In this document: positions 33,841 to 44,271 of the stretch, piece by piece | Layout of the letters: every line of letters starts with the position of its first letter | How positions within the stretch are numbered: the first letter of the stretch is position 1 | NCBI GenBank assembly: GCA_029953675.1 | Contig: JAMWBK010000004.1 | Location: 496,001-560,000, forward strand | Origin: Rhodosorus marinus CCMP1338 | Lineage: Eukaryota > Plantae > Rhodophyta | DNA length: 64,000 nucleotides | Direction: 5' to 3' | Position numbers and translations under genes: made by a program | The notes under the pieces: model-generated | Told to the model about the DNA's origin: nothing | What the model saw: the letters and a program-made list of their open reading frames with translations, nothing else | The model's database searches: none

Positions 33841-36800
33841 GTATGGCTTTACTGGACTTTACTGGACTTTACTAGCATAGCCTGAAGCGCTACGCAAGGC
33901 GTGAAGATGAACTAATAACTAGGGAGGGAAGTATGCAACCCCAGGCGCCGATGGCGCGCCTCGGAAAGCATGTGGCTGGAATATCGCCAAAGGGAGACAC
34001 TTAAACGCCTCAAGAGCGCCAAATATTCAGTAGGATGCTCAGCAAAACATTTCCGCAACCACACTAAACCCGACTTATCCACGTGACCAAAGCTTTCCAC
34101 AATGAATGGCTGGAACCGGTGAGAGCGACCCTCAGCGCAAGGCAGACTGGCCATGCTCTCAGCATACCGTCGTTCCTTAACTCTTCGAAGGGCTGAAGCC
34201 GCGGCCCCCCGGCGGCGGGCGGCTGCGGTGAGGTGGGCGCTAGCCACGGAGCAGGTAATCGCAAGGTCCACATATGTTGAGCGTCTGGCAGCAGCGTCGG
34301 AGACGAGGAGATCGGCTATACAACGGGGCGGTGCAGAGTCCGAGATTGATCTGGGCAGTTCCGACTCAACCTCAACCGTATGCCCTATCCGAGTCAAAAA
34401 TTCGCTGAGGATGTACTTGAGGCGAGTGTGACGCCTCGTACGGAGACCTCTCAACAGTCCGCAGGAACCCAGGAAGTGGTAGCCACAAGCGTCAATCCGA
34501 CTCTCACATCCCTGACAGAAAGACGGCCGATTAGAGTGCCACGGAGCCTGTGGCAAACCGAGATATATCCGTGCGGCAGAACGGAACTGGAAAGCATCGA
34601 GCCGATGACTCAATGACGACGGTAGAGTGGTTAACCACAAGTGCGAGAGACGGCCTCCCATGCCGAGGAGACGAGCGGCAGTGGTAGGCGGCGTGAGAGG
34701 AGAATTGAGCATGACTGTGTGAGCGGCACTGTGTTGGCCCCAGGTGAGGCTATGTTGAATCACATCAGTGCGGGAGCTCCACAATCGGCTCAAACCCGGG
34801 TAGTCTGCAACAGGTGACCCGGGGCTAGCCTCTCCGTCATCCGCAAGAACTCGGTCGAGGGGACAATCCTCAATCGCTTCAGCTCGTCCCCATAACAGCT
34901 CCTTCCAGGAACGAAAGCGGGACCGATTTGCGTCCGGCACGGCGTTGCACCTCCTGAACGCGTGTTGTTGAAGACCATCATAAATTGTCAAAAGCGGGGG
35001 CGGCAGGGTCACTGGATCCTCGTTGGTCAAAGCTCGAACCAAGAGGCAGGCACTTCGCATCTGGAAGGTCACCAACGTTCGCAGCGCGGTAGCCCAGGAG
35101 GCAACCGCCGCTGGCGAGCATATCAGCCCACGGTCTGCGACGCCGAATCCCCCGAATCGCAACGGTAGAGCGATCTGTTCACGAATCAAGTCCCTATCGG
35201 GAGCAGCTTTAAGATCGAGGGGCTCATCCAAGAGCGTTCCCCAGTGTTGCAGGGTCATCTCGTCGGTTTTAGCCGCGATCCACGAGCCCCAAGCTGGAGG
35301 CAGGCTGCGCAACCAGTAGTTGAGTCTGGGACCGGCACAAAAGCGGGAAAGCAAGCAGGCCGATTGCAGCATGCTGTCGGGTAGGTGCTCAATGGCGTCG
35401 GTGAGTTGCTTGTGCCGTGCCAAAACTCGCTCGCAGGATGCTTGGACAAAGTTGTCAGTCCCCAATCCGACGCCGTGGTGTTCGAACCCTTCACGTTCGC
35501 TGATTAGTCGCAGAGTGGGAGGCAGAGAGGCCAGCGACACGTCCCTCGGGGGGAGAAAGCGACATTTTTCTGTTTCCGAAGTCAAACCGACGCGACGTGC
35601 AATCGCTTCGATCTCGGTCAGCCCCCTAGCCAGGGTGTCAGGGGTGCCCAGCAATGTTACGTCATCGTGGTACGCGCAGATTCGAAGATCCGAGACCTCA
35701 GTCGAGAGACGTAAAAGTACGAGCTGTAGGGCACAGGCATGAAGAAGAGGTCCGCAAGGGTCGCCTTGTTGGACGCCAGTATGTGCTTGAAAAACAGTGC
35801 CCTCCGTTGTCAAGTAGGGGAGGCTCTCCCCTCCGTAAATACCCGATAGAAACGGCCACGCCTCCGGAAACACCCGTCGGAGCACCTCTAGCGCATGTGT
35901 CCGCGACACGCTGTTGAATGCGTTCCGGAAATCAACCACCAAGACTCCCCACTCCGGCCTACTGGCCCGTTCTAGCTCGATCCCATGGGTGATCAGTTCG
36001 CAACCCCCAAAAAATCCCACCCCTACTTGCAAGGGCGGCATAAAAGCTGTGACTCGCTGGCGAAGGCGCTGGCATAGCCACCTCCCGGCTAACTTCCGTA
36101 GGCTCTCCACCATCCCGATCAGCCGGAGACGCGAGTGGGCCGGCTGGTGGTCAGGTTTCGTGAGCAAGCAAAGCTGTGCCTGCCGGAGATGTTCCCATGG
36201 CGCAGACGCACCCGATACGCCCTGGAACAACTTGTAAAGGATCCTCAGAAGCGCGCTCTGGCCAGGCTGGCTCAGGGCCTGCAATAGCTCTGTTCTTAGT
36301 CCGGAGGGTCCGGGACAGCGTCCCCGACGCGAGGTACGAAGCAAATCCTCCAGGTCAGACTCACTGAGCGTCAGATCGATGCGAAACCTGGCCAACTCCG
36401 GACGGTCCAAGAATACCTCGAATTCAGGGGACAAGTCCACGTCGGACTCAGGGAACAAAGACGACACCGTCTGGGCGAGACTATCATCGTAGGGGAGGAC
36501 AGGCGCCTGGCCCTCCAAAACCCGCGCCGCTCGACTTAAATCGCCCACTGCTACCAATTTCTGTACTCGAGCCGGCACGGGCGACACTGTGCCATGCCGA
36601 GTCCGACGGGCGGATGGTGCTGGCGATGCCAAATAGCTGCGCTGTAGTACTTCGAAGTCTCCCTTCAAGAACAGGGCCAGTCGGTCTCGTACTCGCCATC
36701 TGCGCTCCGATGTGTGAATGGGGGCCAGAATCAGGCGCGGCATGACCCCCAGAAAAACCCAAATGACTGTGTCCCGAATGTTACGAGCCCGAATGTTACG

Positions 36801-37085
36801 AGCCAGGCTCGTGAAGATGAAATCGAGAATGGTTCCAGCTACTAGAAGGTCTCGACAAGGGAGGACGACTGGGGGAATGCCTCCACGGAGGGGAAGCGAG
36901 CCTCCTTCCAAAGAAATCCACCGCCGGAGCCAACTCCGAAAACGCGTACGCCAAATGCCCCAGTCTCCGCCCTCCTTCAGGACATAAGACTGTAGATCCA
37001 TAGGCTGCGACCTCGCAGCCGTGCCTGGAGCGCTAATCGTGCTTCTCCCCCTTAGACCCGGGGGAGTCGGTCCTCGCTCTCTTAC
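33841..37085 (-). mobile_element. Full-length single-ORF CRE-like non-LTR retrotransposon (family A, A1)
   Basis: Intact 1029-aa ORF, a short structured leader, and a 3' tail with 10-bp repeats (ctttactgga x2.7 on the plus strand). The 5' boundary is approximate. Confidence 0.9.
33912..37001 (-). CDS. RT, CCHC and restriction-like endonuclease protein (1029 aa, intact)
   Basis: CPGPSGLR, DFRNAFN, GVQQGDPCGP and YHDD; CQGC...H...C and RRH; IADLLV...YVDLAIT...KERRY. Confidence 0.93.
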   Translation of the reverse strand: MDLQSYVLKEGGDWGIWRTRFRSWLRRWISLEGGSLPLRGGIPPVVLPCRDLLVAGTILDFIFTSLARNIRARNIRDTVIWVFLGVMPRLILAPIHTSERRWRVRDRLALFLKGDFEVLQRSYLASPAPSARRTRHGTVSPVPARVQKLVAVGDLSRAARVLEGQAPVLPYDDSLAQTVSSLFPESDVDLSPEFEVFLDRPELARFRIDLTLSESDLEDLLRTSRRGRCPGPSGLRTELLQALSQPGQSALLRILYKLFQGVSGASAPWEHLRQAQLCLLTKPDHQPAHSRLRLIGMVESLRKLAGRWLCQRLRQRVTAFMPPLQVGVGFFGGCELITHGIELERASRPEWGVLVVDFRNAFNSVSRTHALEVLRRVFPEAWPFLSGIYGGESLPYLTTEGTVFQAHTGVQQGDPCGPLLHACALQLVLLRLSTEVSDLRICAYHDDVTLLGTPDTLARGLTEIEAIARRVGLTSETEKCRFLPPRDVSLASLPPTLRLISEREGFEHHGVGLGTDNFVQASCERVLARHKQLTDAIEHLPDSMLQSACLLSRFCAGPRLNYWLRSLPPAWGSWIAAKTDEMTLQHWGTLLDEPLDLKAAPDRDLIREQIALPLRFGGFGVADRGLICSPAAVASWATALRTLVTFQMRSACLLVRALTNEDPVTLPPPLLTIYDGLQQHAFRRCNAVPDANRSRFRSWKELLWGRAEAIEDCPLDRVLADDGEASPGSPVADYPGLSRLWSSRTDVIQHSLTWGQHSAAHTVMLNSPLTPPTTAARLLGMGGRLSHLWLTTLPSSLSHRLDAFQFRSAARIYLGLPQAPWHSNRPSFCQGCESRIDACGYHFLGSCGLLRGLRTRRHTRLKYILSEFLTRIGHTVEVESELPRSISDSAPPRCIADLLVSDAAARRSTYVDLAITCSVASAHLTAAARRRGAAASALRRVKERRYAESMASLPCAEGRSHRFQPFIVESFGHVDKSGLVWLRKCFAEHPTEYLALLRRLSVSLWRYSSHMLSEARHRRLGLHTSLPSY

Positions 37086-37451
37086 CTCCCGCTGATCTTA
37101 ACTTGTCGAATACTCTGTGAGAAATCACGCAGGGTAACCATGAGAGGTATCAAACCTGTAGTCACCAAATCCGTGAGCCCAATAGCACTAGCGGACTTAC
37201 TAAACGTTCTCTGCACTGTTTTTCTAAGAGTACCCACTCGATCTGCAAGAAATGGTCTCACAGATAAGCAAAGATTTTCCATGTGGCAGTGTTGTTAGTA
37301 ATGGATGGATCAAAAAGGCCTTTTTTACAATCTTTTCACACTGTTTCCGAGAAAGAACCATCACGGTCCCCGTGGCTCTAGGTGGTTTTTGAGCAACAGT
37401 TAATTCCCTAGTAAAATTACACCAACGCTACCCTGCACATAATCTATATAT

Positions 37452-38003
37452 CTAGTTATCGGTCGAACATGTTAGCTTTGTGGAGCATCCTACTGCATTG
37501 TCGGTTATCAAGGCACACCTATCAGCTTCGGGTTTCAGGGTAGCACGGAAGTTTCCCCAACCCACGTGAATCTCAGCGGCCACGCATACGGTTGAGTCGC
37601 ACGAAAACGAGTCTGCATTCGAGATTTCTTCGAAGCAGAAGTCAACGGTCTTGGTGCTTATGGGGTGTTTAGCCACCCGTCTGAACTGGAACGCTTTATT
37701 GGAACTTCCAGTATGTCTTCTGCAGTCTTCCTTAACCCCCAACCGAAGCTTGCGGATACCTCCGTAGGTACTATGGACCTTGACACGGAGGCAATGCTTT
37801 CCGTTCACCATCACCGATTTCGTGCACATGTTGCCCATCCTCTCCCTGAAATAGTCCACAAGCGTCACACAATACCCGTCTACATGTACATACGGTCTAG
37901 TCTCATCGCTTTTACTATTCCGAATTGCTGCCTTGGTTGGAAGTCCAGCAACCAATCCCAGACCAACCGCGAAAACACAAATGGCTAGGAAACCGAACTT
38001 CAT
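37452..38003 (-). CDS. Secreted Cys-rich domain protein (183 aa)
   Basis: Signal peptide MKFGFLAICVFAVGLGLVAG. The Cys pattern C..G.MC..CLRV..GV..DC..C.EEI..C...C..C..C..C is shared with the genes at 3.5 kb and 55 kb. Confidence 0.83.
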   Translation of the reverse strand: MKFGFLAICVFAVGLGLVAGLPTKAAIRNSKSDETRPYVHVDGYCVTLVDYFRERMGNMCTKSVMVNGKHCLRVKVHSTYGGIRKLRLGVKEDCRRHTGSSNKAFQFRRVAKHPISTKTVDFCFEEISNADSFSCDSTVCVAAEIHVGWGNFRATLKPEADRCALITDNAVGCSTKLTCSTDN

Positions 38004-38125
38004 CGCATCCAAAACGTTCCTCAAGCAGAATCGGACTCTTCAAACTCTTCAAAGGCGCACTTATGATCCATAACATACCCTCTGAGGTCCGTCAACCAAA
38101 CATACTACTCGCGGATCCCATTCGA

Positions 38126-38134
38126 TATATACCC
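38126..38134 (-). promoter_or_regulatory. Candidate TATA box GGGTATATA
   Basis: 131 bp upstream of the ATG at 38003. Confidence 0.45.
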
Positions 38135-40717
38135 GTTCGAGGTCGACTCCTCCTTCGAGCAATGCCAATCAGTAGATTCAGCACGACAAGTCGAAACCCC
38201 CCTTATCAACTCTCTATTGAAACTAAAATAGTTCAATAAGTAAATCCAAAACCAATTTTAGCAACGCAAACGCGAACCTCACCCAACCCCTCAACCATTT
38301 CCGGCGAGCTCCCCATTTTGATTGAGGTCAGTCAAATAAAAAAATCAGAACAGAAAGCAAAAGGGGGGGTAGATTCCGCTGTAGTGAATTGAAAACAATT
38401 ATTTTATTTTCATATTACAATTTATGCGAAATCCAGAGGGGGATATCTGCCTCATGACAATTTGCTGATATGATTGAAGGTGAGCATTAGGGGTACCTCA
38501 ACTAGGATTGAACTTCGCTATTTATTCGTTTGAGTCAAATATTTGATCACAATATCATATTTTTGAGCTTTCGACAAAGGGGTCGGGGACGGGGGAATTT
38601 CGTTCATGGCCTGAACGTCCTGTGTTGCAACGGACGATGTTTCGAATAATGTGTCAGCTTCAATGGTTGTATGGGTTGCGCTTGCTTGACTATCTTTGGC
38701 TGAAGTGAAGACTTCGACCACCGGGTGTAGCGTCAGGCATACGCAAGAAAAGTTAATAGAGGAGACCCCATATCGGGGTGAGACGCTAAGTTGTATGGGA
38801 AACAGTGTCTGGACATTGTCATCTTTTCTGCGCTTGATCTACGGAAAGCTGGAAGAGGATAGCCTTACTACCGTGGATGGCGGAGCGGGTATCAAAACCC
38901 ATGCCCTGCGCGGATGAGCTTCCGAGTTTTCTAAAAAGGTGTTTATACTAAAATTCGCTTGAGACCAGCATATCGCGGTGCAGTTTGAATCTACTCATGA
39001 ATCCAACCTCATCTTGTGAGTAGATACTTGATAAGGTGACCAGTTGTGTCCCGAGGAATCTCACTAATCAGCGTGGGCTTGTTTCCGAAGTATGTCCTGA
39101 TAGACTGTTTTGTCTAGTATACTCTGTAGGACGACACATTAGACGCGCTGTTGGCCCCGATCGGTAGCGAAGCAGTACCGATTCTTCCTCTTTCGCCTTG
39201 TCCCGTCTCTGACTTGACAACTATTTTTCATTGTTGTTCCAGTGTTCATCTTGGTTACTCAGGAGCAGACATTGATCGTTCTGCTTCGAATTTCGTGCCA
39301 GTGCACCTCAGCGAAAATGTGGTTAGACTCCTCTCACGCAAACTCTACCCTGGATATATCGTCCGGAGTCCGACGAAATGCTCCAGAGAGATCGAGAGAC
39401 CTGGAGAGAACCCTTTCGTCGCAGAGCTAACCCACACCCAATTCATTCCAGTGGCGTAGCCTCAAGTGGGCATAGTGTAATCAATAGGTACGAGGAACTC
39501 GTGCTTGCTAGCCGTCTGAGGCGATGGCTTTAGCCACCGTGAGCGAGTTATAGTCAGAACTAACAACACCTACCAAAACAAACCCCCCCTTGTCCCGATC
39601 CCCTACTATCCAACATTGATCAATTTTGTTTAATTAATCAAGAGTTTGTTCCACTATTGTGATCCGGATTAGAGTGGTAATGACTCACTCGTTTTTATCC
39701 AATCTCGAATTCAAAAAAACTTTACCCCCCCCCGCAAAAGTCTACCCCTAGTAAACTACTAACCTGCGAGGCCTCTCATTTCGTCCTTTTAATTGCAAAT
39801 ATTAATCTTTCTTACACGCCAATGGTGCAGCCCGGAGGGAAGGTTGGTGCGCGATTAGCGCACGACTTAAGTATTTACTCGTCAAGATACGTCGTGGTAA
39901 AGGGGTAAATTTCATTTACTCTTATAATGTTTATCTTTTATTCTATTTTGGAGAAGATCTATAATCCGGTAAGGGGGGGTAAGCGAAGCATTATATTTGG
40001 TGATGTTGGCGTAGGGTTGATAAGCATTTCACGCATGGGGATGTCCCCCCCCCAAAGGGCTTTGACAGACGGCTTCGGCTGTGGTGCGGAAGTTCGGATA
40101 GGTACGAATCCTCGTATGTCAGTATGGACTGGGCTTGTACAGGGGTAAGGAGCGGGAATGCCCAGCCAGCTGTTAACGCGATGGCACGCGCTTCGTCTCC
40201 AAACAGTAGCATTCTGTTAGAATCTAGTTTGCTACCCGTTCAATCCTACAAGCCTTCAAAGCTCGGTCAGTCAAAACCGTAAATAATTGACTATCTTGTT
40301 CCAACCGCGAGACCCGCGCGAACGACGCCCGGATTCCAATACCCCTAGCAAAACGCAAATGTACCCTTTACGAGAATTATTTCGCGTGTTCTTACTGCGC
40401 CCATTGATTTTCATCCCACCCACTGCAACTCGAATGAATCAAGTCAATTCATATTTAAAATGTTTTTGGCAATCAGGATACTTTACACCCCTTCTCTCCC
40501 CCTCATATTTGAGTAACAAAATACATTGGAAAGGATTATATTTCGGTTTTTGATTTTATGTTGACTATAGCGAAATAATTATCCCCCCCTCTGGGGATAA
40601 CGTACCCTACGTGAGCGACCCATTTCGCTGTTCAACTTTATTCGAAAAGAAAGAATTACTTCGCCACCTAGAGAATCAGAATACATTGTCGGAAGGCTGT
40701 CAAAGGAGTATGGGCGT

Positions 40718-40782
<65 letters not shown>
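40718..40782. repeat. (GA)n microsatellite, about 32 units with one interruption
   Basis: Read directly from the sequence. Confidence 0.98.
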
Positions 40783-40785
<3 letters not shown>

Positions 40786-40959
40786 CATTGAGGGGTACAG
40801 ACTTAGAGCTAATACTTGTTTCTTCTTAGCCACGGCGAGAGTCCACCCCACGCACAAACAGCCGTGTTTCATTCGTGGGAATTCACGTTTGTGTGTTTCT
40901 TCGGTTTGTTTTGTTTTGTCTCCCCGGTTTCGAGTCGCCGTTGTCGGTGAAACACATTC

Positions 40960-41200
40960 AATGAACGAATTTATTTAATCGGAGGCTGGAAGAAAAAAAA
41001 AAGAACGAGGGGAAAGAAAACACTAAGCGCGGGGAAGACCACGCGCCTCCAACATCAAAGCGGCCGCGTTCATCCGCCACAGTAAGAAACTTAAAAAACG
41101 CGTAAACAATGAGGACAGACGGTCAGGGCGTTCGCGGAACAATTCCCGAGGCCAACGAGAACCAACGGAATCCATAAACCCAAAACACTCCGCATTCAAT
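40960..41200 (-). mobile_element. 3' fragment of RLE family C (copy 5)
   Basis: ECFGFMDSVGSRWPRELFRERPDRLSSLFTRFLSFLLWRMNAAALMLEAR. Confidence 0.82.
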
Positions 41201-42015
41201 AGCGCCGTCAACCCTCTTCCTCCTGCACTGTCATTCCCACACACACACACAGTACGGTTTGCAGCAGTTTATTTGCAGAAATGGTGAAGAATCATAGCTG
41301 ACAGTCAGATGTCATCCCTCGGGCTTTTCGGTAAAGCGTTCAACCACTTATCTACCTAAAAATCTCAAGGATACCCCCCTTATCCAATTTACATTTAGTG
41401 AATATTATTGTATTTAGTTAATGTTTATCTCGTTCATGAAAATACGTTGGGCTTTGGTTGCCCCTAATATCGAACGTACTTACGATGGGCTATCCACCGC
41501 CATCTTGAAGCCGAACGGGGGGGGTGATTTACGTTATATGCGAATATATATCTAAAATAAATATAAACTTCTTCTCAATGGACTGCAAAGTTGTATTTTG
41601 GGGGGTCCGCTCCAGATTGTAGATTGCTTCAGGTTCGAGCATTCATATACCAACGTTTACGCCCGGTAGTCACTGAGCTCAAGGCGGTTTATTTGGTCCC
41701 CTTTTTTTCAAATATTTTTTTTTCGAGTATTGCAATCTTGGCTTAGGGGGGGGGGCGGAGGGATAAATATCTCAATCAAAACGTGGTTGGCACGATAGGG
41801 GTAGTTCTTGTTGTTCAACGTTTGAATTTATTTTTTTATTCCAGGTTTTTGATGGAATACATATTTCCGCGAGGGGGGGGGTATTTTTTGAAAAGTATCT
41901 GGTGGCGTTGAAGTCATGTGGCGAGTGGATGTGTTTCACGTTGAGGTGGTGTTCCACGTCAAGGCGATGTTTGCCATCATAGGTCTTGGATACATGACTT
42001 CTGGGAGTGTTGGAT

Positions 42016-42026
42016 GGGTATATAAA
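42016..42026 (+). promoter_or_regulatory. Candidate TATA box GGGTATATAAA
   Basis: 134 bp upstream of the ATG at 42150. Confidence 0.5.
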
Positions 42027-42149
42027 CCCTCCGGTGGTAGTCTAGACTTGACTTGTGAAGGCGTAAGGAGCAGGGACGTCGCGAGAAAAAAGCGTTGAAG
42101 ATCAGTTTGTAAGGGAAAAGGGTGTGTTCCAACCCTATTGAAAGAAACC

Positions 42150-42710
42150 ATGAAGCTTCTCGTTGTAGCTGCTTACCTGGTTGCACTGGGCGCGATGCGC
42201 ACGTCCAGTGTGAATGTTTCTGTTGAGTCTGCGTATGATCCAGGTGCTCTGTCGGAGTCAAAAGTGTTTGAAGCGTACAATATGCCCTATGATGTAGAGC
42301 AAAAGCCATCGCAAATCGAAGAATATGACGACGATGACGAGGAAAGGCCACGGGACCCGTTGGTACCTGAAGAAACTTTTGATGATGGACTGAGCGGCGG
42401 GGAAATAGCTGGTATTTTCATAGGCGTCATCGGAGGTGTAGCATTGATTGCCGTGGGCTCTTGGTTCTTGTTCGTGCGGAGGAAGAAGAAGAGGAGGAGG
42501 AGGACGAGGAAGACCAACGCCGATGGCGTGTCCGAGTCCGGGTCTGAGTATGAATATCCCTCGGATAGCGAAGATGCTGAGGACCCGTTGGAAAGGGCGA
42601 TGGCTCAAGATGAGAAAGCTGATTTCTCCACTTTCGATGAGCCAGAGAATCTAGTGAAGTGTGGCCTGCCGTGTGTCAGACCACAAGAGGTAGCTGAAGA
42701 TGAGATCTGA
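42150..42710 (+). CDS. Type I single-pass membrane protein with acidic ectodomain and tail (186 aa)
   Basis: Signal peptide MKLLVVAAYLVALGA, TM segment GLSGGEIAGIFIGVIGGVALIAVGSWFLFV, stop-transfer RRKKKRRRR and an acidic tail. Confidence 0.8.
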   Translation: MKLLVVAAYLVALGAMRTSSVNVSVESAYDPGALSESKVFEAYNMPYDVEQKPSQIEEYDDDDEERPRDPLVPEETFDDGLSGGEIAGIFIGVIGGVALIAVGSWFLFVRRKKKRRRRTRKTNADGVSESGSEYEYPSDSEDAEDPLERAMAQDEKADFSTFDEPENLVKCGLPCVRPQEVAEDEI

Positions 42711-44271
42711 TGAAATTCAGAGCCTCTCATCGCGCATGCGATTTTTGTATTAGAACATTACTAACTTGATCTCCTCAGAGCATGAGCGGGGTCGTATCTA
42801 ACTGTGTCTCGTGAAACTGCACTGCGCCCGCAGTGCTTCAAAGTTGCTTCGGCGAGGGTTGCTTGTTTCCTACCTTTTCTATTGACGCTCTCTTAGTTTG
42901 GGACATTGAAGACGAAGATTGGTACTATTTTTGCTACGCACGAAGAAGGCTTTCGCCTTGAATCATGAAGTTGTGCCCGCTGTGGAATATTATAAATCGA
43001 AACTCATTTGGCGAGCAGAACCAAGACTATTTTCTTAATATCGCGACAATTTAGTTCGCACCCCTTCCTACACATAGCCTAACTATCGAGGAAGTTGTTG
43101 AACGGTTTCCAATCACCTCATCGTTCAGCTCAATTGCTGTGCTCACCATCATCGTCTCTACTTTCCGAATGGCACGCGCTTGGGAGAGATCGCATGATTG
43201 CTCATCTTGAACGTAGACACATACGGACCACCCTACCGTGCAGCATAAGAGCTGACACAAAATAGATCCTTCTACCGTGACCCTTTCCCTCGTACAGCTG
43301 CGCTTTCTCGGGCCATCCTCGCGACACAACTCGGCTGACATCCGACAGGATGCCACTGCACTCGACAATCTCCTCATAAGCAACTCACGCGGCCTCTAAA
43401 TTTAAGATTACTCTCGCATAAAAATATTCACATTTTCAAAGTAAAACACCCTTTTTTAAACCTTGTCCCCAAATAGAGCATTATTAGGGAGAATACACCT
43501 AGATTAAGAAGTTGAAGTGCTTATACCTCAATTTCCAAGATTGTCATCAACCAATGGCAGATAACCACTACCCTCCCGGACTAATCAGAGCACTTGAATC
43601 CTCAACAAACTTCGTAGGTTGGTAAAATATTAATACGAAACGATCCTGCACCAGCTGTAAACATTAATGAAATACAAATATGAAATTGTCATCTATTGGA
43701 CCACGACAAACTTGATATAGATAAAAATAGAAAAACTTCAGTACGATGCAATGGGCGGCAGGTTGGGGTTAAGCTGGGTTGGTTACGGAGAGCCCTAGCC
43801 AGATGGGGCGGGTGCTCGCCAATTCGGCAGTGTGGAACAGAACATCACCAGGTAAGAATCGTTATCGAGTAGGGCGGATGAGCTACTCAGGTATTTTTTT
43901 GCCCTTTCATCGGTGGTGGTATTTAGTATTCCGGTTTTCGCCTGGAGAGGAGCGAGCCCCTTTTGACGGGAAGGGAGTGTTTATTTTCATTTTAGGTAGG
44001 CGAACCTGAATGATTACACAACATGCTAACAGCTAAAACTTTTTTGGGGCCGGGGGAAGGTGGCACCGCCCTGACATCGGAGTAGCCAATGTATCTCTTC
44101 GAGTTCACCAGTGCCCCAGAGAGCCAATCGGTGACGATGTTTTTCGCCAACGCGTCGGCGTTCTGAAGTCTGAAAGAGACTGCATTTAGGCACGCTTCTG
44201 TGAGGAGGTGAGTGGTTGGGTAAGCTCGGAGAAAGGTATGCGAATGATTCAGCAACGAGTAGGCAAAGTTC

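Noticed and set aside
39990-40212. Possible extra RLE zinc-knuckle relic (SWLGIP...CVKC...RQHHQI)
   Set aside because: The similarity is too weak and fragmented to support without a profile search.
40579-40872. ORFs with SLSLSL or ERERER runs
   Set aside because: These are translations of the (GA)n microsatellite.
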